A stretch of 64,000 bases of DNA from Candidatus Amesbacteria bacterium GW2011_GWB1_47_19 (GTDB taxonomy: Bacteria > Patescibacteriota > Microgenomatia > CAZETR01 > Amesbacteraceae), in the NCBI GenBank assembly GCA_001002325.1, contig LCNZ01000006.1, positions 110,492 through 174,491 on the forward strand, read 5' to 3'. Shown in pieces: positions 48,638 to 56,781 of this stretch. The notes under the pieces are model-generated. The model ran no database searches. It was not told the origin of the DNA and worked only from the letters and a program-made list of their open reading frames with translations. The translations under genes and the position numbers were made by a program. Within the stretch, counting starts at the first letter, position 1. Each line of letters opens with the position of its first letter.

Positions 48638-49459
48638 ATGGTTAAAAAGATTATCTTTATTGCTCTGGCAGTTTTGGTTTCGTTCCCACTGCTATATCTC
48701 CCCGCCAAGGCCAAGAATGCTGATCCACCGGACTTACCGGATTCAGATCTACCGGAAAATAACGGCGTTTACCCGGTACCAGGCCATCCGGAACTTAAAC
48801 TTCACGTTCTTTCCCATCCCGCCCGGGGCAGTCGACCTGCCAAACCTACTCCTACTCCCACATCCGCTCCGGTTTTGAATTGCAGTCTTGAAGATCCCGA
48901 TTCTTCGTCGGTCAGCGGTGTTACCGGCTGGTATCTGCCCCCAAGTTTTTCTTACCTTCTCAATTCCTCCAGTGTTCCTGCCTCTGTCGGAGCTGAAAAT
49001 TTAACCTGGATAGCCCAAAACGGTTATTTGCAGTGGGCTGAGGCTTTGAGCGGACAGGTATCCGTCAGCTTCGCTGGTCAGACCTTATCCACCCGGGCGA
49101 GGCTGGACGGCCAAAATATCATTACCTGGGGCAGGGCGGCAAGCGGGACTTTGGGGGTGACTTACATCTGGACCTACGGCGATGGAGAAGTTGCCGAGGC
49201 AGATACCATTATGAATAAAGGTTATGCTTGGAGTTGGTCGGATCCCGATACCTGGCACGGATCTGTCTGCGCTTACCCCGGATCGTATGACGCCCAAAAT
49301 ATCCTGACTCATGAATTGGGCCACTGGTTCGGAACAGATGACGACTATGATCAGGAGTTTGAAAATAATACCATGTATGGTTTCGGCGACGTTTTGGAAA
49401 CCAAAAAGGATACGCTCACTAATGGGGACATAACTGCCGTCCGTTCCATCTACCAGTAA
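48638..49459 (+). CDS. Secreted zinc metalloprotease, metzincin-like (HExxHxxGxxD, snapalysin/matrixin-like)
   Basis: Signal peptide, HELGHWFGTDD, and a Met-turn (NTMYGFG). Confidence 0.7.
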   Translation: MVKKIIFIALAVLVSFPLLYLPAKAKNADPPDLPDSDLPENNGVYPVPGHPELKLHVLSHPARGSRPAKPTPTPTSAPVLNCSLEDPDSSSVSGVTGWYLPPSFSYLLNSSSVPASVGAENLTWIAQNGYLQWAEALSGQVSVSFAGQTLSTRARLDGQNIITWGRAASGTLGVTYIWTYGDGEVAEADTIMNKGYAWSWSDPDTWHGSVCAYPGSYDAQNILTHELGHWFGTDDDYDQEFENNTMYGFGDVLETKKDTLTNGDITAVRSIYQ

Positions 49460-49730
49460 ATTGATTTCGGTCATTGGGATTAAATGATTACTTTATGGAA
49501 AGAATAAGAGGGAGGTTTTTAAAAATTTAATTATTCAAAGCGATACTCACCAATTCAACGAGTATCTAATAAAAAAGGGGGGGGAAACAATATATGAAAA
49601 CAGAAGTAACAACATCTTACGGTCCGGAAAGCCGGGATGATTTGGCTCACTTTCTATTGGGGTCTATATAGAAAGAGATAGTTCTTGGGAGGGACCGGGT
49701 ACTATAAGCAAAGGGCTTGGGGGCTGCTAG

Positions 49731-49772
49731 TTAATAAGGTCGATCCTTTAAGGATAATCCTTTGAGGCTATT
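49731..49772. repeat. Operator-like palindromic repeat, copy B
   Basis: TTAATAAGGTCGATCCTTTAAGGATAATCCTTTGAGGCTAT. It is preceded by CCGGGTACTATAAGCA, which is duplicated from 48349. Confidence 0.55.
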
Positions 49773-50496
49773 TCAACTTCGTAAGTTTTTTATTGTCCGT
49801 AACGAATAACCACAATTTTTCGGGGTCATATTCCCCATCATCCTGTGAACCGGACACGACTACAATTCTGGATCCGGATTCTATATTCGCGGAATTATCC
49901 AGCATAAAATCTATAAACTCCGCAATTTGCTTCGGCTGGTTGGTCTGGTTCCAGTCAAAATCTTTTTGGTTATGATGAAGACTACGAAGCAGGGGCGTAT
50001 CCACATAACTGGGAAGCGCATTTATGACTTTTACATCTTTATTCTCTGCCGCAATGGTTTCGAAATAGTTATTCAGCGCGGCTTTTGAACTCCCGTATAG
50101 TCCGTCCGGGAACCTGTCTGCCAAAGAAGAAATATTAATCACTATCCCGTTGGTTAATTTCGGAAACAAGGCAATCGTGAGTTTAATCGGCGCAATAAAA
50201 TTGAGTCCGAAAATCAGATTAAAATCCCTGTCTTTGAATTCCAACACTTTTTCGTGAACCGATGTACCGGCATTATTAACCAATAATCCGATAGACTTCT
50301 CTTCAATTTGGTTTGGGACATTTCTGATATCGCTTTCGTTCATTAAATCCGCCTTCAGCCATACAAACTGCGGGTTACCGATCCCGGGAGGCGTACGGGA
50401 TATTCCGTAAACCTTAAATCCTTTCTCCAACAGTTTCCTGCTGATGGCCTCCCCAATTCCATAACTGGATCCGCTGACTACTGCGACTTTAATCAT
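49768..50496 (-). CDS. Short-chain dehydrogenase/reductase (SDR)
   Basis: VVSGSSYGIGEAI (TGxxxGxG-type) and YGSSKAALNNY (YxxxK). Confidence 0.85.
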   Translation of the reverse strand: MIKVAVVSGSSYGIGEAISRKLLEKGFKVYGISRTPPGIGNPQFVWLKADLMNESDIRNVPNQIEEKSIGLLVNNAGTSVHEKVLEFKDRDFNLIFGLNFIAPIKLTIALFPKLTNGIVINISSLADRFPDGLYGSSKAALNNYFETIAAENKDVKVINALPSYVDTPLLRSLHHNQKDFDWNQTNQPKQIAEFIDFMLDNSANIESGSRIVVVSGSQDDGEYDPEKLWLFVTDNKKLTKLK

Positions 50497-50561
50497 TGTG
50501 GTTATTGTACCAAAAGGTTAAATATGTCGGTTCCCCCTGAGATAGTATAATAAAATATATT

Positions 50562-51158
50562 GTGATTACGGTCATTACAAAAATTATTAGAATTCACCTG
50601 CCCCGGCCAAGATACAAAATAATTAGTGAAATTGCACTGCGTTGGAGCCCCCGGCATTATTCTGATGAAAAAATTCCACAGGAACATATCAATATTATTT
50701 TCGAAGCACCGCGGTGGGCACCTTCAGGCCACAACCATCAACCCTGGTATTTTTATACTGCTAAAAAGGGTACCGGTATTTATGAAAAACTTTTTTCTAC
50801 TCTTGACGAATACAATCAGTCCTGGGCTAAAACCGCTCCGCTTCTGATTCTTGCCTGCGCGATTACTTCTAATACTGAAGGAAAAAACCCTTATGCTTTT
50901 TACGATCTTGGTGCGGCCGTGCTTTCCCTGATTTTGCAAGCGCAGTCTTTGGGATATTATTCCAGACAAATGGCTCTTTTTGATAAACAAAAGGTGAAAG
51001 AATTCTTTAAATTGGACAAGAATCACGAGCCCTTTACGATCATCGCTATGGGTAAAATCGGCGATTACACAAAAGCTTCAAAACAAGTCATCGATTATGA
51101 ATTTGATCCCAGACCCCGAAAAACCGATCTAGTGAAAGAATTGGAAACCCGCTTGTGA
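50562..51158 (+). CDS. Nitroreductase-family protein
   Basis: RWSPRHYSDEKI...EAPRWAPSGHNHQPWYFY. Confidence 0.75.
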   Translation: MITVITKIIRIHLPRPRYKIISEIALRWSPRHYSDEKIPQEHINIIFEAPRWAPSGHNHQPWYFYTAKKGTGIYEKLFSTLDEYNQSWAKTAPLLILACAITSNTEGKNPYAFYDLGAAVLSLILQAQSLGYYSRQMALFDKQKVKEFFKLDKNHEPFTIIAMGKIGDYTKASKQVIDYEFDPRPRKTDLVKELETRL

Positions 51159-51479
51159 GGACCTGAACCTTTTGTTTTTTTACAGGGAGTAAAATACGGA
51201 GATGGCGGCAGGAATTTCTTAATTATTTACGGACGCATTTTTAGCCTTTATACAGTGCTGTTTGCCAATGCTATAGCTGCCTGAGCCTGCTGGATCAGCG
51301 GCTCGCAGCCAAGTTTATCCGGCCAATGGTTCCCGGCCATCCTCCCCCGCATCCCCGACTGCATGGTGCGTTTCCGTCGGCCACAGGACACCCTGCTGAA
51401 ATTATCTCTCCCATATCTAATACCACCAGTTTTGACTTTCCGTCAACACCAGTAATTCGTGTGGCTACGCTACCGGAAT

Positions 51480-51527
51480 GAGGTTATAGGGGATTACAAA
51501 TTAATCTAATTACTAATTGACCTAAAT
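51480..51527. repeat. Intergenic repeat GAGGTTATAGG...TTGACCTA (copy 2)
   Basis: See copy 1. It lies about 75 nt upstream of the 51604 start. Confidence 0.5.
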
Positions 51528-51603
51528 ATCTTTTTGATTACCGGATAATGATAATCCTATAATATTTGTCTGTATGGCAGGTGTCTGATAAAATTCATTC
51601 GTC

Positions 51604-52356
51604 ATGACTGAAATGGGGATAACCAATGAAGCCGAAAACGTATTAATATGTCTGAGAAACGACAGGGTTGAGGCAGAGGTGGATCCGAAAGGGGCGTTTG
51701 TGAACAGGTTGTCAATTGACGGTGAGACGGTATTGTTCCCCAGGACCAGCGAACTTCCAAAACGCGGAGGTATTCCGGTATTGGGGCCTACACCAGGGAA
51801 AGTGGCCGGGACAGAATGGGGGCACCTCTATTCGGATGAGAGGATGCCGCAACACGGCACGGACAGGGTGATTTTGTGGGAAATAGCTAATATGGGGGAT
51901 GCACAATTAAGATTAAGAAGGTATATCGGACCCGCTGAATTTCATTTTGCCGGACGGAAAGATATCGACATAAAGCTGATCGAATCCGGACTATCAATGG
52001 TAACAACGATTGTGAATCACACAGGCAGTCCCAAGGAGATAGGCCACGGTCTGCATCCTTATTTTGATACCAGCCACGGGTTTGACGTTACGACTGCCGG
52101 ATTGGCTGATTATTTTCCTCTTGAACCCGGGAAGGCGGTGGTAACCGACGGCCGGGGTTTAGGAAGAATTGAAATGGTAATAGGAGGAAGTAATTTCGTG
52201 ATGGAAACCAATCCGGATCCGGTGAAAATTTTGTTGTGGTCAGATAAACCGGATCAATATGTGTGCGTTGAACCCTGGCATGCAGACCGGGGATCCGGAA
52301 TTATTATTCCTGCGGAGGGAAGCTTACAAATCTCCACAGTGATCCGGAAGATTTAA
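51604..52356 (+). CDS. Aldose 1-epimerase family protein (hexose-6-phosphate mutarotase-like)
   Basis: GGIPVLGP, HG..R, LHPYF and EPW motifs of the galactose-mutarotase-like fold. Confidence 0.65.
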   Translation: MTEMGITNEAENVLICLRNDRVEAEVDPKGAFVNRLSIDGETVLFPRTSELPKRGGIPVLGPTPGKVAGTEWGHLYSDERMPQHGTDRVILWEIANMGDAQLRLRRYIGPAEFHFAGRKDIDIKLIESGLSMVTTIVNHTGSPKEIGHGLHPYFDTSHGFDVTTAGLADYFPLEPGKAVVTDGRGLGRIEMVIGGSNFVMETNPDPVKILLWSDKPDQYVCVEPWHADRGSGIIIPAEGSLQISTVIRKI

Positions 52357-52541
52357 CCGTGAGGTCTTTTTAGAGCTTCCTCAAGCGCCCGGGCCAACCT
52401 TTGTCTTTTTTGTCTTTCCCGTTTATTCCGGATTAATACCCCTAATCGTTCCAATGGACCGACCGGGTGGTCCTGGTTATGTTTTTCGGCGATCAGGGCA
52501 ATTTGTGAACTGATCCTGCTCCATCTCCTTTCCAGGCCCAT
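52353..52541 (-). CDS. Hypothetical small basic protein
   Basis: 62-aa ORF. Uncertain. Confidence 0.2.
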   Translation of the reverse strand: MGLERRWSRISSQIALIAEKHNQDHPVGPLERLGVLIRNKRERQKRQRLARALEEALKRPHG

Positions 52542-52564
52542 ATGCGGAATATTTAACCATACTT

Positions 52565-52960
52565 TTATAGTTTTTCAAGTAAAACCTCCGGCAGGGATTG
52601 GCGCCGGGGGATAAAGCGGATAGACAGGGAATTGACACAATGACGGGTGTTTTTCGGAGTCTGTCCTTCCCCTTCAAAAACGTGGCCCAGATGGCCGTGA
52701 CAACTGGCACATTGAATTTCGGTCCTGACTCCGTCAGGATCCGGAATCCTAGTGATGGCGCCGGGATAATTTTCATCAAAAGCCGGCCAGCCGCAATGGG
52801 CGTCATATTTGGCCCGGCTGGAAAATAACGGGGCCTGGCAGCGACGACAGATAAAAGTACCGTCCACGAAAAAATTGTCGTATTCTCCGGTAAATGGCGG
52901 CTCCGTGCCTTTGTCCCCTATTACCCTTTGTTCTTCGGATGTTAATTTGTTATATGGCAT
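52565..52960 (-). CDS. msrB: Peptide methionine sulfoxide reductase MsrB
   Basis: GTEPPFTGEY, the CxxC pairs (CRRC...CASC), and HLGHVF...RHCVNS. Confidence 0.9.
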   Translation of the reverse strand: MPYNKLTSEEQRVIGDKGTEPPFTGEYDNFFVDGTFICRRCQAPLFSSRAKYDAHCGWPAFDENYPGAITRIPDPDGVRTEIQCASCHGHLGHVFEGEGQTPKNTRHCVNSLSIRFIPRRQSLPEVLLEKL

Positions 52961-53455
52961 AACGGATATTTTATATCAATCTGCAAGAGAGGGGTTAGTG
53001 GGTAGCTTAGAAACTATTTACATAGTTACCGAAGGCGATTATACTCACCACTTATCTATGTCCAGAGATGAATTGCTGTTACCATCTCAGAAAGATTTGG
53101 AAGCTTGAGTTACCAATGGAGAAATAACGGCATTGAATACAGGCCGCGTGATTATCTGAATAAATATAACTTAAGTGAATTCGCCTATCTTTGGGAAACT
53201 CCTGCTGAAAAAACAAATCACGTCACCTAAAAGGTAGTGAACCTGCCGTATCATTCCTGACCGCTGGGTAATTCAGGGGGTTCAGAAATTTGATCCTGTA
53301 GAACTTGACATAACTCATAAGGATTGCTTATGGTGAGTGAAGTTTCTGTGATTATTATTCTACCAATGGGATACTTGCATCCTTCAACATCGCACATATA
53401 AAGCGGGTTGCAAACCTATAGTTTAGTAAAGGCAAGGTGAGGCTATAACCACCGG

Positions 53456-53998
53456 CTAAAATAAATTAGCCTGAAGATTTGAGGGGGGTGTACCTGGTTC
53501 GTTAAAAATACATTCTCCTTCCCGAAGCAAAATGGTAATTGTTTTGATTTTCCCCCCTCTTTTGCAACCAAAAATCAATTTACCGCCGGACACTGTACAA
53601 CCTTTAATAATCACATCATTTACTCCCTCAAGTAATCCCTGATTATTTTGTGAAATGTACAGACTGGCAGGCTGTTCCGGGGAAAAAGTACTTCTGCCAC
53701 CTCTCCAAATTTCAGGAAAGTATCTTAACTGTAATTCGTGATCCGGTGGTCCTGCGGTCAGGTTAAATCCATATCTTTTTTCGGTCCACCCACCCGCCTT
53801 TTGATATTCTTCAAGCACAAATCTCCAATCAGCAAAATAGTAGGTCGCATCAATTGCAGTTATTAATCCTTTTATCTGAAACGCAGTTTCCAGCGTTTCG
53901 GGTTTCCCGGGGTCGATTCCAATCGCCTCGACGTCATTGTGTAATGCGCTAAAAAAATTACCATATATTACCTGCTTATTTAACTCAACCAATGGCAT
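53456..53998 (-). CDS. Hypothetical protein (180 aa)
   Basis: Clean ORF with no motif recognised. Confidence 0.4.
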   Translation of the reverse strand: MPLVELNKQVIYGNFFSALHNDVEAIGIDPGKPETLETAFQIKGLITAIDATYYFADWRFVLEEYQKAGGWTEKRYGFNLTAGPPDHELQLRYFPEIWRGGRSTFSPEQPASLYISQNNQGLLEGVNDVIIKGCTVSGGKLIFGCKRGGKIKTITILLREGECIFNEPGTPPSNLQANLF

Positions 53999-54048
53999 AC
54001 TGTGCTTATAAATGAATTTAAGGTGTTTTACAACGTTTTTTATGAAAT

Positions 54049-54079
54049 TAGCCTCGCTACCTGAAAGGTGACGAGGCTA
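54049..54079. repeat. REP2 palindromic element, copy 1
   Basis: TAGCCTCG-CT-ACC-TGAAA-GGT-GA-CGAGGCTA is a two-tier hairpin. It lies 3 nt 3' of the NUDIX stop. Confidence 0.65.
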
Positions 54080-54081
54080 CA

Positions 54082-54576
54082 CTACTCCAAGTCCTGCGCA
54101 GTTAATTGCTCTCCGGTAGAGAATTTTTTAACTTTATCCAAATGGCCAAGCAGAAGGGTTATTAAGTCCGGTACCAAGTCAAGGTGGATTAATTCGTCGG
54201 GAGAAAAAAATTTTATATTCTGCCCTTCGTTTCCTTTCCTGATATGAGATATCTGTTCAGGAGTCAACGCGACCGTGCCGATATATTTATGGTGACCCTG
54301 ATCGTCACCCGCTAACAATTTGCCCAGGATTCGGGTTTGACCGGGCAGGAGAGTAATATTAGCTTCCTCAAGCAGTTCACGCCCGAGCGTCTGATCCGGA
54401 GTTTCTCCCAATTCCCCTACACCGCCCAGAAGCCCCCATTTGTCGGGATGGGGGATATTTGGGTTATTATCCCTGAGCTTGAGCAAGAGTTCACCGTCCG
54501 GTGAAACAACCAAAGCTCCGCAGGAAAAGGGATATGTCCCAATCTTCGTCTCAACATCAACAGCTTCCATTACCAT
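54082..54576 (-). CDS. NUDIX hydrolase (MutT-like)
   Basis: Nudix box GLLGGVGELGETPDQTLGRELLEEANI. Confidence 0.75.
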   Translation of the reverse strand: MVMEAVDVETKIGTYPFSCGALVVSPDGELLLKLRDNNPNIPHPDKWGLLGGVGELGETPDQTLGRELLEEANITLLPGQTRILGKLLAGDDQGHHKYIGTVALTPEQISHIRKGNEGQNIKFFSPDELIHLDLVPDLITLLLGHLDKVKKFSTGEQLTAQDLE

Positions 54577-54660
54577 AACCTCGGGTATTTTACTATAAAT
54601 ACGGGTTATGGGGATTAATGACGATTTGTGTTCCGGTTGAAATGTTGGTGCGAAATGTCT

Positions 54661-54689
54661 AGCCTCGCTACCTGAAAGGTGGCGTGCCT
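54661..54689. repeat. REP2 palindromic element, copy 2
   Basis: AGCCTCGCTACCTGAAAGGTGGCGTGCCT, in the same orientation as copy 1. Confidence 0.65.
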
Positions 54690-54733
54690 AAAGGTTCTAG
54701 TGACCAGGTTTTAGAGGTGGTATTCTGTTTGAT

Positions 54734-55843
54734 ATGGGAAACAGGATCGAGAACAGCCGAGTGGAGGTAGACATGGTAAAAAATTACGGGACTATCGAGT
54801 ACGAGAGATGTGAAAGCGGAGAAATGGTGATGGTGACAACCCGATGGGGGGTAAAGACGGAGACTCCGGCAATTGAAGGAGACTACCCCACGGGTTTTTC
54901 ACATATCTGGAGGAGCGGACCCGAACTGAGCAAACCGGAAAGGGAGAGGCAAGAGCTGGAGGCATTTGCGGAAAGCCTGCGGCTGGTGACCGATAAATCA
55001 CCGGCGCTATTGGCTGTCGGGTCCGGATCCCCGATATTCCCGGATTATGCCGGGGAAATGGCGGCCCGAATGGGATGGAGTCAAACGGAGACCAGCAATG
55101 ATTATCTGGCCTGCAACAGCGGAGTTGAAGCATTGCGAAGAGTCCTGATGGATCCCCGATTCCTGCCCCGAGGAGTACTTGAGGGACGGGAGGTGATTGT
55201 CGGAGGATGGGAGGGGCTGACGAGAATGGTGGACCACGGCGACCCCGACAATACCGATCCCCTTTCCCGGCGGGTGTTTAGTAACGGCGGCGCACTTTTA
55301 AAATTTGTGCCCGGGAGAGACTTGTCTTTGGTAACAGAAGTATTTTTTTCCAGGGAGGATGACGGGAACCTGGCGGCAGTTATGCCATACACCATAGATC
55401 CGGACGGGCCGCTGGTGCAAATTGAAGGGAATACCAAAAAAATCAGGTTACCGGTACCGGAGCCGGGGGTATCGATATGGATGAAGGCCAAACCTACTGC
55501 CAAAATGTTTGTCCGGGCTTTTGAAGAAGGGATAGAAATGTTGTGGGCGAAGTATCTGCAAGGGATAGCGGACAAAATCATTGCCGACAAACCCATATCC
55601 TTGGTGACCGGACACCATCCGAGCACCGGACCATTTCTTTTGACCCAAAAAATACTGGAGCGGGTGTGCGGAATCAGCGCGGAAAGATATCCCTGGGTGG
55701 TAGATGACGGCAATTCCAGCGGGGCGACGGCACCCAAAGCGCTGAATAAACTATTGGGGCGGGTCCGGCCGGGAGAACGGATAATGTATGTAGGTTATGG
55801 GGGAGGGATTAGTTTTACGGGCATAATTATGGACCGGGGATAA
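54734..55843 (+). CDS. Thiolase-fold condensing-enzyme-like protein (FabH / KAS III-like)
   Basis: Cys in an ACNSG context, the GNSSGATAPKAL motif (compare FabH GNTSAASIP) and C-terminal YVGYGGGISFTG (compare GFGGGLTWG). Confidence 0.55.
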   Translation: MGNRIENSRVEVDMVKNYGTIEYERCESGEMVMVTTRWGVKTETPAIEGDYPTGFSHIWRSGPELSKPERERQELEAFAESLRLVTDKSPALLAVGSGSPIFPDYAGEMAARMGWSQTETSNDYLACNSGVEALRRVLMDPRFLPRGVLEGREVIVGGWEGLTRMVDHGDPDNTDPLSRRVFSNGGALLKFVPGRDLSLVTEVFFSREDDGNLAAVMPYTIDPDGPLVQIEGNTKKIRLPVPEPGVSIWMKAKPTAKMFVRAFEEGIEMLWAKYLQGIADKIIADKPISLVTGHHPSTGPFLLTQKILERVCGISAERYPWVVDDGNSSGATAPKALNKLLGRVRPGERIMYVGYGGGISFTGIIMDRG

Positions 55844-55888
55844 AAGTATTTACATCGGTACTAACAGGCTGTATACTCTCAAACTATT

Positions 55889-56149
55889 ATGCCAAGATAC
55901 GAATTAGGTCTTAACTCCGAAGAAGCAGCTGCCAGAATGCTGGAAGTCAGCCGGGAGCTGAGGCAGCTGGCCAAGAAAGACGGTGGGGCATTCAAATTGA
56001 GAATTGATACAGCGGTGGCTGCTGCCAACTTAAAAAACCCCCAATTTGCCGCAAACGGACATCCGATCACCAGAGGACAATTGCTTAATCAATATCAACT
56101 GGGCGATCTGAGTATGTTGTGGAGCAAACCGAGGAAAAGAACCCCATAG
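55889..56149 (+). CDS. Hypothetical small protein
   Basis: 86-aa ORF. Uncertain. Confidence 0.3.
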   Translation: MPRYELGLNSEEAAARMLEVSRELRQLAKKDGGAFKLRIDTAVAAANLKNPQFAANGHPITRGQLLNQYQLGDLSMLWSKPRKRTP

Positions 56150-56691
56150 GCAGTCAGGGGTATAATGCTAGGCGTGTGGGAAATTTTGTATTCTTAATAA
56201 TCGTCGGGGTCAGCGCACTGGCCACCAACCGGGGAATGGAATTTGCGGCTGGAAAAGTAGTGCTGACTGCTACTCCCACGCCAGTACCGTCTGCCACTCC
56301 CACACCCACCCCCACATCAACCCCTACCCCCAAACCGACTGCCAAACCCACTGCCAAACCGACTCCCGCTCCCACCAAAGTACCCCAACCGAAATTTTCT
56401 TCCGAGCAAATATACCAGATGACGGACAGATTCGGGGGACAATACGGCGTGGACGCCAATGTGCTAAGACACATTGCCCGGTGCGAGTCGGGAATGAATC
56501 CGGCGGCTACCAACAGCATTTACGGCGGTTTGTATCAGTTTGATCCGAGTACCTGGAGAAATTACCGGAAAATGATGGGGGAAGATGCAAATGCGGATCT
56601 GAGATTTAATGCGGAAGAAGCCATCCAAGCCGCGGCTTATGCCCTGTCACTCAACCGGGCATACATCTGGCCCAACTGTGTACCCCATTAG
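56119..56691 (+). CDS. Membrane-anchored transglycosylase-like (Rpf-type) protein with a Pro/Thr-rich linker
   Basis: A TM helix, a PTPTP linker, and then CESGMNPAATN...GGLYQFDPSTW, the transglycosylase-like domain found in resuscitation-promoting factors. Confidence 0.65.
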   Translation: MEQTEEKNPIGSQGYNARRVGNFVFLIIVGVSALATNRGMEFAAGKVVLTATPTPVPSATPTPTPTSTPTPKPTAKPTAKPTPAPTKVPQPKFSSEQIYQMTDRFGGQYGVDANVLRHIARCESGMNPAATNSIYGGLYQFDPSTWRNYRKMMGEDANADLRFNAEEAIQAAAYALSLNRAYIWPNCVPH

Positions 56692-56781
56692 CGTGAAGAA
56701 AGTAGCGTCGGGGAGGTAATTTTGGTAAAATAGGCGCGCCCGAGGGAGAGTTAGGCCCGGGGTATTTTTTTTGAAAATATC

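Noticed and set aside
52809-53108. 99-aa plus-strand ORF overlapping the msrB 5' end
   Set aside because: It overlaps msrB on the opposite strand and has no motifs. The 53109-53455 gap is left as unannotated non-coding DNA.
55102-55737. 211-aa minus-strand ORF inside the FabH-like gene
   Set aside because: Antisense shadow ORF with Ser/Pro-rich low complexity.
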